DNA from: Dehalococcoidia bacterium
GTDB lineage: Bacteria > Chloroflexota > Dehalococcoidia > Bin125
Assembly: GCA_963663895.2 (NCBI GenBank)
Contig: CAXXRD010000002.1
Span: forward strand, 736,001-800,000
Direction: 5' to 3'
DNA length: 64,000 nucleotides
Shown here: in pieces, positions 11,102-20,506 of the stretch
Position numbering within the stretch: position 1 is the first letter of the stretch
How the letters are laid out: the number at the start of each line of letters is the position of its first letter
Program-made: the position numbers and the translations under genes
The notes under the pieces: model-generated
The model's database searches: none
Told to the model about the DNA's origin: nothing
Seen by the model: only the letters and a program-made list of their open reading frames with translations

Positions 11102-11694
11102 AGCCCGTGCTCCTCGATGTAGGCCCAGACGGCGGGGGGCAGGCGATCCGCGGCGGGGCGGCCTGCGGCGATCGCGCCGCGAATCGCGCTGGCGCTCACC
11201 GCCAGCGGGTCGAGCGGCAGCCAATCCACGGCGGCCGCAAGCCCCGGGAGGAGGCGGTCCAGCTGCTCCGGCGCCACGGCGCTGCCCGGCCGCGCCGCAA
11301 CGGCGAGCCGGGCCAGCGCAATGATCTGCCGTGGGTCGTGCCAATGCGGAAGGTCCTCCAGGGCGTCGCTGCCCAGGATGAACCAGATCGGGCCGCACCC
11401 TTGGGACTGCAGCGTCCGCAGAGTATCGGTCGTGTACGTCGGGCCTGCTCGACGGACTTCCATGTCGCTCACCGCCAGCCCCGCCCGGCCCTCCACGGCC
11501 GTAGCGGTCATGGCGAATCTGTGCGCCGCAGCCGTGACGGGAACATCCCGCTTGCGCCAAGGGTCTCCAGCCGGGACCAGCAGCACCTGATCGAGCTGCA
11601 GTACGGATCGGGCCACTTCGGCAAGCGCTAGGTGGGCGTTGTGCGGGGGATCGAACGTCCCGCCCAAGACCCCGAGGCGCGTCACGTCCCCCAT
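11083..11694 (-). CDS. nadD: Nicotinate-nucleotide adenylyltransferase
   Basis: GGTFDPPHNAH, YTTDTL, FILGSD, WH, VSASAIR. Confidence 0.93.
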   Translation of the reverse strand: MGDVTRLGVLGGTFDPPHNAHLALAEVARSVLQLDQVLLVPAGDPWRKRDVPVTAAAHRFAMTATAVEGRAGLAVSDMEVRRAGPTYTTDTLRTLQSQGCGPIWFILGSDALEDLPHWHDPRQIIALARLAVAARPGSAVAPEQLDRLLPGLAAAVDWLPLDPLAVSASAIRGAIAAGRPAADRLPPAVWAYIEEHGLYGVER

Positions 11695-12944
11695 TCCCAC
11701 TCGACCTCGCCAACTCGGACCCGCGCGCCGATGCCCAGGCCGGCACGCCGCAGGGCGCCCGCGACGCCCCGCTTGGCGAGCCAGCGCTGCGCCTCCTCCC
11801 GCACGGCCGCGTCGCCCATATCCATCATCTCGACAAATGTCTCTACCTGCTCGCCGCAAACGCGGAAAAGCCCCTCGCGCACACGCTCCACCGTAAACCG
11901 TCGCGAGTCCGGCCGTGGCTTGATTGCGACCGTCTTCGGAGGTGCCGCCACGTGGCTCTCCGCCAACGCGCGGCCACACCGCTCGGCCAGTTCCTCGGTC
12001 CCCTGTCGGGTTGCGGCCGAAATCATGACGGGCTGCACGGCGCGGGCGTGGAAGGCCGCCGCGATCTCCTCACGCCGGGCGTCGGCTTCTTCGAGATCGA
12101 GCTTGTTGATCGCGACGATCTGCCTCTTCTCCGGCAACCCCGCGCCGTAGGACGCCAATTCCCTGTTGATGGCGTCGAATGCGGCAAGCGGGTCCGGCTG
12201 GCTCCCGTCGATCAGATGGAGGAGAAGCTGAGTGCGCCACGCGTGGCGCAGAAACTCGTGTCCGAGCCCGACACCCTCGGCCGCTCCTTCGATTAACCCC
12301 GGCAAATCGGCGACGACAAAGCCGTCCCAGCCCACGATGACGACCCCCAGCACCGGCTCCCGCGTTGTGAAAGGGTACGCTCCCACCCGCGGACGCGCGG
12401 CGCTGAGCGCCCGAACCAATGTCGACTTCCCCGCGTTGGGCAGGCCGACCACGCCAACGTCCGCGATCAGACGCAGCTCTAACTGCAGACGCAGCCTCTG
12501 TCCCCGCTGACCACGTTGCGCCACGCGTGGCGCACGATTGGTCGCGCTCCTAAATGCGGCGTTTCCCCGCCCTCCCCGCCCCCCACGCGCCAAGATCTGC
12601 GCTTCCCCATGCTCGACAAAATCCGCAACAACCCTCCGTCCGCCCTCCTCGTTCAGCACGCGAACGATCGTCCCCACGGGAAGAGCAAGGACCAGATCCT
12701 TGCCGTCGCGCCCGTGGCGGTTATTGAGCCCGCCAGCCGTGCCGCCTTCTGCGCGAAACGCGCGCTCGGTGCGGAAGCGGTTCAGCGTGTTGATCCCCGC
12801 GTCGGCTAGCCCAAGGATGTGCCCCCCGCGACCGCCATTGCCACCGTTCGGCCCACCGAGCGGACTGAATTTCTCGCGGCGGAAGGAGACACGCCCCGCG
12901 CCGCCCACCCCACTCTGCACATCAAGCGTCACCTGATCGAGCAT
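11682..12944 (-). CDS. obgE: GTPase ObgE/CgtA
   Basis: Gly-rich Obg fold (SFRREKF, GGPNGGNGGRGG), GLPNAGKST, YPFTT, DLPGLIEGA, NKLD, C-terminal DUF1967-like domain. Confidence 0.95.
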   Translation of the reverse strand: MLDQVTLDVQSGVGGAGRVSFRREKFSPLGGPNGGNGGRGGHILGLADAGINTLNRFRTERAFRAEGGTAGGLNNRHGRDGKDLVLALPVGTIVRVLNEEGGRRVVADFVEHGEAQILARGGRGGRGNAAFRSATNRAPRVAQRGQRGQRLRLQLELRLIADVGVVGLPNAGKSTLVRALSAARPRVGAYPFTTREPVLGVVIVGWDGFVVADLPGLIEGAAEGVGLGHEFLRHAWRTQLLLHLIDGSQPDPLAAFDAINRELASYGAGLPEKRQIVAINKLDLEEADARREEIAAAFHARAVQPVMISAATRQGTEELAERCGRALAESHVAAPPKTVAIKPRPDSRRFTVERVREGLFRVCGEQVETFVEMMDMGDAAVREEAQRWLAKRGVAGALRRAGLGIGARVRVGEVEWEWGT

Positions 12945-12989
12945 GGGCTGGTTAGCCCCCGAACTCCCCTGATTGCAGGGCCCTCCTAA

Positions 12990-13210
12990 AAGGGTACTGA
13001 GTGGAAGTTCGAGAGGGGAGTACGTTAGTCATAGTGATCGTCGGTTGGTGGAAACAGGGGGAAGCGTGGGGACGGCGTTCACTACGCGGCGTGGGGCGAG
13101 ACGGGTCCCCACGTGCAGCGGGTGGGGTAGTTCAAGAACCGTGGGCGGGATGTGCAGAGGCCGCCGGATATCTGGGTGGGGCTAGAGCGAGGGATTGGGT
13201 TGTCCACGAC
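12990..13210. other. Probable chromosomal replication origin oriC
   Basis: Intergenic gap downstream of dnaA with ~10 degenerate DnaA-box 9-mers (TTGTCCACG 13200, GGTGGAAAC 13047, CGTGGGGAC 13065, GTCCCCACG 13105, TGTGCAGAG 13151 and others) and six DnaA-trio triplets at 13025-13042. Confidence 0.7.
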
Positions 13211-13256
13211 GGTGAGGCCTGCCGCCGCGACGGCTCTTGCCGGCGGGATTTGCCGG

Positions 13257-14654
13257 CTAACGCGCGGCGATGGCGGCGCGGATCTCCAAGACGCTGCGCC
13301 GGACATCAGGGTCGTTGTCGAGCAGCTTCTCGATCCGGCGGAAGCCGTGCAACACGGTGGTGTGGTCGCGGCCGCCGAGGAGCCGGCCGATCTGTGCGTA
13401 GGATTGGTGGCTGACATCGCGCAGCAGGTACATCGCCAGGTGGCGCGCGTAGGTGACCTGCTTCTCCCGGCGGCTGCTGGTGAGCGCCTCTACCGGAATG
13501 TTGGTGCACTGGGCAACCGTTTCGAGGACGACGTTGGGGAGCGGGACCGCAGTCCGGGGCGTGGCGGTGATCGCGTTGAGGGCCTCCCCCGCGAGTTCGC
13601 GGGAGATCGGTTGCCGGTAGAGCCGCGCCAGTGCTGCGACCCGGTTCAGCGCCCCCTCCAGCTGGCGAATATTGTCCTGTACGCGATGGGCGATTAGCAG
13701 CAGGACCTCCTCGGGTACGGCGAGCCCCCCGCGCTCCGCGCGCGAGCGGAGAATGGCGAGGCGCGTCTCCACGTCCGGCGGGGCGATGTCGACGATGAGC
13801 CCCCATTCGAAGCGGGAGCGCAGCCGCTCCTCCAGCGAGGTCAGGAGCTTCGGCGAGACGTCGCTGCTGATGACGATCTGCTTGCCGAGGCTGTGCAGCG
13901 CATCGAACGTGTGGAAGAACTCTTCCTGCGTCTGCTCGCCGCGGGAGATGAACTGGATGTCGTCGATGAGGAGGACGTCCACGTTACGGAACTTCTGGCG
14001 GAAGCGCTCCATGCGGTGCTCGCGCAGAGCCGTGACGAACTCGTTGGTGTAGGCCTCGGTCGAGAGGTAGAGCGTCTGCATCTGCGGGGCAGTTACGTGC
14101 CCGATCGCTTGCAGCAGGTGGGTCTTCCCCAGGCCGACGCCGCCGTAGATGAAGAGCGGGTTGTAGGCACGGCCGGGGAGCTCCGAGACCGCGACCGCCG
14201 CGGCGTGGGCCAGGCGGTTACTGCGGCCGACGATGTAGGTGTCGAAGGTGTTGTGGGGCGCCAGCACGGGCCGCGACCGGCCGACGGGCGGCTGCTCCGT
14301 GCCCTTCAGCGGTCGCGCGGGGTCCCCAGCGGCCGCCGGTTCGCGCGGCTGCACCACGAATTCGATCTTCAGGCGCTGTCCGGCGGTGCCCGCGAGGACG
14401 TCCTCGATCGCCGGGTAGAACTGATTGGTCAGCGCTTCGCGGGCGAAGTCGGACGCGACGCCGACGCGGAGCACCCCGCCCTGCAGGGCGAGGGCCCGGG
14501 TCTCATCGAGCCATGTCTCGAACGACGGAGCCGGAATCACGCGGCGCAGGCGGTCGAGCGCGGCGCGCCATAACTGTGCTGCTGAGGGCGCGGCGGCCTC
14601 GCGAGCGAGGGCACCGTCCTGTGAACGCGGCTCGCTGGAATTGGCTGCCTCCAA
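13257..14654 (-). CDS. dnaA: Chromosomal replication initiator DnaA
   Basis: YNPLFIYGGVGLGKTHL, LLIDDIQF, QEEFFHTF, RLRSRFEWGL, GGRDHTTV. Confidence 0.97.
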   Translation of the reverse strand: MEAANSSEPRSQDGALAREAAAPSAAQLWRAALDRLRRVIPAPSFETWLDETRALALQGGVLRVGVASDFAREALTNQFYPAIEDVLAGTAGQRLKIEFVVQPREPAAAGDPARPLKGTEQPPVGRSRPVLAPHNTFDTYIVGRSNRLAHAAAVAVSELPGRAYNPLFIYGGVGLGKTHLLQAIGHVTAPQMQTLYLSTEAYTNEFVTALREHRMERFRQKFRNVDVLLIDDIQFISRGEQTQEEFFHTFDALHSLGKQIVISSDVSPKLLTSLEERLRSRFEWGLIVDIAPPDVETRLAILRSRAERGGLAVPEEVLLLIAHRVQDNIRQLEGALNRVAALARLYRQPISRELAGEALNAITATPRTAVPLPNVVLETVAQCTNIPVEALTSSRREKQVTYARHLAMYLLRDVSHQSYAQIGRLLGGRDHTTVLHGFRRIEKLLDNDPDVRRSVLEIRAAIAAR

Positions 14655-14929
14655 GCGCGCTCCTCAATTCGTTGTATGCGCCGGTACTGTTCGGGCGGGG
14701 CGCGCCTCAGACTACACCTAGGAGGAGCCAGCCGTCGGCCAGCCTGCTTCTATCTGGGAGGGGAACGGGAGGCAGGGTAGCATTGCTTCCCTTCCTGGCA
14801 AGCCGCGCGCACAACTGGTTACTCTGCCGGGGACGGTGCCGATCAGCCGGGCGGCCGCGCGGCGGGCCGCATTGTGTGGTGGCACCACTCAGGGAGTGGC
14901 TCCTATAGTGGCCGCCCCGCGGAGTGCTT

Positions 14930-15700
14930 ATGTTATTGGCGATCGACATCGGCAATACCACCGTCCAACTCGGGCTGTTCGAGGGCCCGCGGCTCGGCCC
15001 CACATGGCGCATCGCGACCGCGCATGATCGTCTGGCGGACGAGTACGGCGTGCTCCTGCGCGCGCTCCTGCGCACCCGCGGGCTCGACGGCAGCGCCATC
15101 CGGTCCGTCATCATCGCCTCCGTCGTGCCGGCGCTCATCCCGGTGTTCCAGGACTTGGCGCGCGCATATTTCAGCGTCGAGCCGATGCTGGTGGGGAGCG
15201 GTCTCAAGACCGGCCTGCGCATTACCTACGACAGCCCGCGGGAGGTGGGCGCGGACCGCGTGGTGGATGCCGTCGCCGCCCTCGCGTTGTACGGCCCGCC
15301 TCCGTTGATCGTCGTGGACTTCGGCACGGCGACCGTCTTCGACGCCATCGACCGCGAGGGGAGCTACTTGGGGGGCGCGATCGCGCCCGGCATCGGGGTG
15401 GCCGCCGACGCGCTTTTCGAGCGCGCCTCACGCCTCTCCCGGGTGGAGTTGCAGCGCCCGGAGAATGCGATCGGCCGCAACACGGCCAGCGCGGTGCAAG
15501 CGGGTATCATCTTCGGTTATGTTGGATTGGTCGAAGGGATTATCGAGCGGTTCAAGGCCGAGCTGGGTGGCGGGCGGGTGGTCGGGACGGGTGGCTGGGC
15601 CGAGCGGATCGCGAAGGAGACGACGGCGGTGGAGGTTGTGGCGCCGGACCTCACGCTGGAAGGGCTGCGCCTCATCCACGAGATGAACGCGGGGGGATGA
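14930..15700 (+). CDS. coaX: Type III pantothenate kinase
   Basis: AIDIGNT, SVVP, VGADR, VDFGTAT, GGAIAPG, TGG. Confidence 0.95.
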   Translation: MLLAIDIGNTTVQLGLFEGPRLGPTWRIATAHDRLADEYGVLLRALLRTRGLDGSAIRSVIIASVVPALIPVFQDLARAYFSVEPMLVGSGLKTGLRITYDSPREVGADRVVDAVAALALYGPPPLIVVDFGTATVFDAIDREGSYLGGAIAPGIGVAADALFERASRLSRVELQRPENAIGRNTASAVQAGIIFGYVGLVEGIIERFKAELGGGRVVGTGGWAERIAKETTAVEVVAPDLTLEGLRLIHEMNAGG

Positions 15701-16914
15701 CCGTGCCTGCGCAACCGGCTCCACTGGCGGGGAAGCGCGTCGTTTTGGGCGTTACCGGATCCATCGCCGCGTACAAGGCGATCGAGCTCGCCCGGCGGCT
15801 GGAGGAAGGCGGGGCTACCGTCGACGTGGCCCTCACCGCCAACGCCGCGCGCTTCGCGCCCGCCCTGACGTTCCACAGCGTGATTCGTGGGACCGTCGCG
15901 AGCGACATGTTCGACGCTGCCGCGCCCGAGCTGCACGTCGAGCTGGGGCGGCGGGCGGACCTCCTCCTCGTTGCTCCGGCCACCGCGACGACGATCGCCA
16001 AGCTGGCGAGCGGCGTCGGCGATTCCCTCGTCACGCTGACCGCCCTGGCGACGCACGCGCCCGTGCTGGTCGCCCCCGCCATGGACTCCCGCATGTACGC
16101 CAACGCCGCGACCCAAGCGAACCTGGAGACGCTGCGTGCGCGCGGCGTCAGCTTTGTCGGTCCCGACGAAGGGCGCCTCGCCAGTGGCGCGCAGGGATTG
16201 GGCCGGATGAGTGAGCCGGAGGTGATCGTCGGGGCCGTGCGGGCGCTGATCGGCCGCGCGGCTGGCGACATGCGCGGGCGCCACGTGGTCGTCTCGGCGG
16301 GGGGGACGCGCGAGGCGATCGACCCCGTGCGCTTCCTGGGCAACCGCTCGAGCGGCAAGATGGGCTTCGCGCTCGCCGAAGCCGCGCGCGATCGCGGCGC
16401 CGCCGTGTCGCTGGTCAGCACGCAGGCGCCGCCGCCGGCGCTCTACGGCGTCTCCGTTGAGGAGGTGGAGAGCGCAGAAGAGATGCGGGAGGCGCTGGCG
16501 CGGCGGCTCCGCGACGCCGACGTGCTGGTGATGGCGGCGGCGGTCGCGGACTTCCGCCCCGCGGAGACGGCCGCGCAGAAACGCAAGAAGCACGAGAGCG
16601 GCGGCGCCTGGGAGCTCGCGCTCCAGGAGAACCCCGACCTGATCGCCGGACTCGATGGGAGCTTCGTCAAGGTCGGCTTCGCCGCCGAGACGAACGACCT
16701 GGTCGCGAACGCCGCCGCTAAGCTTCGCAAGAAGGGCTTGGACCTGATCGTCGCGAACGACGTGACCGATCCGGGGTCGGGCTTCGGCGGCGACACGAAC
16801 CGCGTCGTGCTGCTCGACGGCCGCGGCGAGCCCGAAGCGCTGCCCCTCCTCAGCAAGTACGACGCCGCGCAGCGGGTGCTCGATCGCGTGGCGGCGCTGC
16901 TCGCCGAGCGCTAG
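15697..16914 (+). CDS. coaBC: Phosphopantothenoylcysteine decarboxylase/ligase CoaBC
   Basis: GVTGSIAAYK, APATA, APAM, GGTRE.IDPVRF.GNRSSGKMG, AAVADF, GFAAET, ANDV. Confidence 0.95.
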   Translation: MTVPAQPAPLAGKRVVLGVTGSIAAYKAIELARRLEEGGATVDVALTANAARFAPALTFHSVIRGTVASDMFDAAAPELHVELGRRADLLLVAPATATTIAKLASGVGDSLVTLTALATHAPVLVAPAMDSRMYANAATQANLETLRARGVSFVGPDEGRLASGAQGLGRMSEPEVIVGAVRALIGRAAGDMRGRHVVVSAGGTREAIDPVRFLGNRSSGKMGFALAEAARDRGAAVSLVSTQAPPPALYGVSVEEVESAEEMREALARRLRDADVLVMAAAVADFRPAETAAQKRKKHESGGAWELALQENPDLIAGLDGSFVKVGFAAETNDLVANAAAKLRKKGLDLIVANDVTDPGSGFGGDTNRVVLLDGRGEPEALPLLSKYDAAQRVLDRVAALLAER

Positions 16915-17237
16915 GCCAGATCGTCCTTCAGCGGCGTCTTACCGGGCGGCAGCGAGAAGAAGTTGCAGAAGCAGGTCCCTTCGAAGTCGACCAGCCCGTT
17001 CGCGACTGGCGGACAGACGCACAGTGTCTCCTCGGTGTTGCCGGGCTGGCAGGGGCAGTAGAAGCGCCCGAACTGCAGCCGCATGTTCACGAAGTCCTCG
17101 ATCGTCTGGTCCGCGTTGGTGAGGACGTAGCCGCGCTCCTCGCAGAAGCGGGCGGCCAGATCGGCCATCTCGCGGCGGTAGCGCTCCCGCAGGGCGCGCT
17201 CCTCCTCCGGCGCGCGTTCGGGGGGCACGCCGCTCAC
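16911..17237 (-). CDS. Ferredoxin:thioredoxin reductase catalytic-subunit-like FeS protein
   Basis: YCPC, CVC, GTCFCNFF (FTR CPC/CPC/CHC pattern); GTG start overlaps the pepA stop. Confidence 0.75.
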   Translation of the reverse strand: MSGVPPERAPEEERALRERYRREMADLAARFCEERGYVLTNADQTIEDFVNMRLQFGRFYCPCQPGNTEETLCVCPPVANGLVDFEGTCFCNFFSLPPGKTPLKDDLA

Positions 17238-18745
17238 GCCGCTCCCTTCGCGCGGCCCAGGGCGAACTCGATCAGCGTCCGCACGGCGACGCCGGTCGCG
17301 CCCTTCACCAGCACGCCCTGGTCCTTGTCGCTGTCGTCGGTGCCGGCGATGTCGAGGTGCGCCCAGGGGGTTTCGCCCGCGAACTTGGCGAGGAACTTGG
17401 CGGCGGTGATGGCGCCCCCGTAGCGGCCGCCGGTGTTCTTCACGTCGGCGATGCGGCTCTTGATCTTCTCGTCGTACTCCTCGTACATCGGCAGCTGCCA
17501 CAGGCGCTCGCCGCCCCGCCGCCCCGCCGCGATCACCTCCTGCGCTAGATCGTCGTCGTTCGCCATCAGCCCCGAGGCGACGTCGGCCAGGGCGACGGCG
17601 CAGGCGCCCGTCAGCGTCGCGACGTCGATGAGCGGCGACAGGCGCATGTGATTCGCGTAGGAGAGCGCGTCGGCGAGGATGAGGCGGCCCTCGGCGTCCG
17701 TGTTGAGCACCTCGATCGAGGTGCCGTTCATCGCCGTGAGCACGTCGCCTGGCTTGATCGCGCTGCCGCCGGGCATGTTCTCGGTCGCCGGCACGATCGC
17801 GGTGGCGTTCACCGGCGCCTGCAGCCGCGCCAGGGCGACCGTGGCGGCGATGACCGCGCCGCCCCCGCTCATGTCCTGCTTCATGGCCGCCATGTTGGCG
17901 GCGGGCTTGATGGAGATGCCGCCGGTGTCGAAGGTGACCCCCTTGCCCACGAAGCCGATCCCGGGCTCCTCGCCCCCGCCGCGGTGGCGCAGGACGATGA
18001 ATTGGGGAGGCTCGTGCGATCCCTGCGCGACCCCCAGGAAAGCGCCCATCCCCAGTGCCGTGATGGCGTCGCGATCCAGGATCTCGCAGTCGAGACCGCT
18101 CTCCTCGGCGCAGGCCCGCGCGCGCTGCGCGAACTCCCGCGGGGTGAGCACGTTGCTGGGCTCGTTCGCGAAGTCGCGCGAGAGGTTGGCGGCCTCGGCG
18201 ATCACCCGTCCCAGGTCGCGGCCCCGCTCCAGCGCGGCCCCGTCGGCGCCCAGCAGCAGCAGCCGGTCCAAGGCGTGGCGCGGCTCCGCCCTCTCCGAGC
18301 GATAGCGGTCGAAGCGATAGAGGCCGAGCAGGGCGCCTTCGGTCGCCGCGCGGGCCAGATCCTCCGGCGGCAGCGCTCCGAGGGCTGGGCCGTCGAGCGC
18401 CAGCGCCAGGCTCCCGTCGGAGAGGGCGCGGGCCTGCCGCGCCGCCGCGGCGACGGTCCCGCGGACCCGGTCGCGATCGACGCCGTCCGCCTGGCCGAGG
18501 CCGGCGAGGATGACGCGGCGCACGGGCAGCCGGCCCAGGGCGTGGACGACGACCAGCTCGCCCTTGCGCCCGCTCAGCTCGCCCTCCGCGACGAGGGCGC
18601 TGAGGGCGCCGTCCAGCGCCGCGTCCACGGCGGCGGCCGGGCCCGCGGCGGGCAAGGCGGCGCGCTGGTCGATGAGGAGCAGCAGGGAGGTGGCGCGAAC
18701 AGCGGTTGGCGCTGCCGCCGCGACGTCGATGGTGAGTGGATCCAC
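17234..18745 (-). CDS. pepA: Leucyl aminopeptidase (M17)
   Basis: VGKGVTFDTGGISIK, MKQDM.G, NTDAEGRL.LAD, ATLTGA, WAHLDIAG. Confidence 0.95.
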   Translation of the reverse strand: MDPLTIDVAAAAPTAVRATSLLLLIDQRAALPAAGPAAAVDAALDGALSALVAEGELSGRKGELVVVHALGRLPVRRVILAGLGQADGVDRDRVRGTVAAAARQARALSDGSLALALDGPALGALPPEDLARAATEGALLGLYRFDRYRSERAEPRHALDRLLLLGADGAALERGRDLGRVIAEAANLSRDFANEPSNVLTPREFAQRARACAEESGLDCEILDRDAITALGMGAFLGVAQGSHEPPQFIVLRHRGGGEEPGIGFVGKGVTFDTGGISIKPAANMAAMKQDMSGGGAVIAATVALARLQAPVNATAIVPATENMPGGSAIKPGDVLTAMNGTSIEVLNTDAEGRLILADALSYANHMRLSPLIDVATLTGACAVALADVASGLMANDDDLAQEVIAAGRRGGERLWQLPMYEEYDEKIKSRIADVKNTGGRYGGAITAAKFLAKFAGETPWAHLDIAGTDDSDKDQGVLVKGATGVAVRTLIEFALGRAKGAA

Positions 18746-18835
18746 GGCTTCCCGCCTTGCCGGGGATCGTAACACGCCCCCGCCTCGGCTCGGCGATGCT
18801 TTGGACGCGCGCCAGCCCCCCGCTACGGTGTGGGA

Positions 18836-19639
18836 ATGACCGAAGCCGCGCTCCGCCTCGGCCGTCGCGCCTGCGCCCTGCACACGCGCCGCTGGGCGCC
18901 CTTCGCCTGGGAGGTGGCGATCGTGGCGGCGGGGGCGGGCCTCTACTTCCTGATCCGGGGCGCGGTCAGCGGCCGGGCGGCGGAGGCGCTGGAGCGGGCG
19001 GCGGACCTGGCCGCCATCGAGCGCGGGCTGGGGATCTATTGGGAACCGGCGATGCAGGGCTGGATCCTGGAGTCGCGCGCGCTGATCGAGCTCTGCAACG
19101 CGCTCTACTTCTGGACGCACATGCCGGTGATCATCGCCGTGGCGCTGTGGCTGTTCGCGCGCCATCGCGCCGTCTACCGCTTCACCCGCAGCGCCTTCCT
19201 CGGCTCGGCGGCGATCGGGCTGGCGATCTACTACGCGCTCCCCACGGCTCCGCCGCGGCTGCTGCCGGAAGCGGGCCTGCTCGACACGATGGCGCTCTAC
19301 AGCCAGCTGTCCTACCAGGCCCAGGAGGTCGGCCCCTTCGTCAACGCCTACGCGGCCCTTCCAAGCCTGCACTTCGGCTGGGCGCTGCTCATCGCCATGG
19401 CCCTCTGGCTGGCGCGCCCCCGCGGGCGCCGCGGCGCCCTGCTGGCGGTGGCGCTGGGGGGGCTGCTCGTGCTGGGACAGGGGATCAGCATCGTGGTGAC
19501 CGGCAACCACTTCCTGCTCGACGCCGTCGCGGGCGCGGCCGTCGCCGGCCTGGGCGTCCTCGCCGCGCTGGGGTGGCGTTGCTATCGTGGCTCCGGGGAA
19601 GCGACGACGGTCGGAGAAAGGAAAAGCGCGTGGCCATGA
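18836..19639 (+). CDS. PAP2 superfamily membrane protein (Aur1/inositol-phosphorylceramide synthase-like)
   Basis: PTAPPRL, YAALPSLHFGW, TGNHFLLD motifs; several TM helices. Confidence 0.8.
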   Translation: MTEAALRLGRRACALHTRRWAPFAWEVAIVAAGAGLYFLIRGAVSGRAAEALERAADLAAIERGLGIYWEPAMQGWILESRALIELCNALYFWTHMPVIIAVALWLFARHRAVYRFTRSAFLGSAAIGLAIYYALPTAPPRLLPEAGLLDTMALYSQLSYQAQEVGPFVNAYAALPSLHFGWALLIAMALWLARPRGRRGALLAVALGGLLVLGQGISIVVTGNHFLLDAVAGAAVAGLGVLAALGWRCYRGSGEATTVGERKSAWP

Positions 19640-19950
19640 TCATGAGCACCGCCGATTCAGTGCCGGGACGGGAGATCGCGGAGACGATGGGCCTGGTGAC
19701 GGGGAGCACCGTGCGCGCGCGCCACGTCGGGCGCGACGTGCTGGCCGGCCTCAAGCAGATCGTCGGCGGCGAGATCGGGGCCTACGAGAAGCTGCTGCAG
19801 GAGAGCCGCGCGCAGGCGCTTGTCCGGCTCGAGGAGGCGGCCGCGGCCATGGGAGCGGACGCGGTCGTGGCGCTGCGCCTGACCACGAGCGCCATCGCGC
19901 AGGGATCGGCGGAGGTGCTGGCCTACGGCACCGCGGTCAAGCTCCGGTAA
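19636..19950 (+). CDS. YbjQ/UPF0145 family protein
   Basis: GLV.GSTVRARH.GRD..AGLK.IVGGE, GADAVV, EVLAYGTAVKL. Confidence 0.9.
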   Translation: MIMSTADSVPGREIAETMGLVTGSTVRARHVGRDVLAGLKQIVGGEIGAYEKLLQESRAQALVRLEEAAAAMGADAVVALRLTTSAIAQGSAEVLAYGTAVKLR

Positions 19951-19966
19951 GACGCCCAGTAAGACG

Positions 19967-20314
19967 CTAGCCCCAATGGCGCTGGCTGGCGAGCGCCGCC
20001 AGGGGAGCGAGGACCTCCACGCTGAGCTCGGTCAGGTCGCCCTGCCAGCGGTCCCAATCCGCGCGCGCCCGCGCCGCCTCGGCGGAGGAGAAGGCGGTCT
20101 GCACCGACTCCTCGCTCTCCAGCTCGTAGACCATCAGGTGCTCCCCGGGCAGCGCCCGCGGCGGCCGCGCCCGGAAGGCGGAGACGATGCCGGGGATCTC
20201 CAGCACCAGCGGCAGGTGGGTGCCGCGGTGCCAGCGCTCGAACTCCTCCAGCACGCCCGGGTTGACCTGCGCGCGCACGACGAGGAGGGGCCGGCTGCTC
20301 TGGGGGGCGTCCAT
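19967..20314 (-). CDS. EthD/DUF4286-like dimeric alpha-beta barrel protein
   Basis: EFERWH..HLP.VL.IPG.VSA.R, MVYELES pattern. Confidence 0.65.
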   Translation of the reverse strand: MDAPQSSRPLLVVRAQVNPGVLEEFERWHRGTHLPLVLEIPGIVSAFRARPPRALPGEHLMVYELESEESVQTAFSSAEAARARADWDRWQGDLTELSVEVLAPLAALASQRHWG

Positions 20315-20473
20315 GCGGGGATGGTAGGGCCGCTTCTACTTGGCGGCGACCTCGGCGTATCACCTAGCTGCGCCAGTGGCTCGATTCGACTAACCTGGAG
20401 AAGCTGACTACTCAGCGCTCGACCGAGTTGAGATCTTGGCGGGTCTACTCGGGAGCGCTAGGCTGCCGCCATT

Positions 20474-20495
20474 CTGGCAAGCAGTAGCTTACCAG
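20474..20495. promoter_or_regulatory. Palindromic operator candidate upstream of the toxin-antitoxin operon
   Basis: CTGGCAAGC-AGTA-GCTTACCAG, a 9-bp inverted repeat with one mismatch. Confidence 0.4.
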
Positions 20496-20506
20496 AAAGG
20501 CAGGGC

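Noticed and set aside
18746-19510. Apparent N-terminal extension of PepA
   Set aside because: Overlaps the PAP2 gene on the other strand; a GTG start at 18745 with a TACGAT -10 upstream fits M17 length
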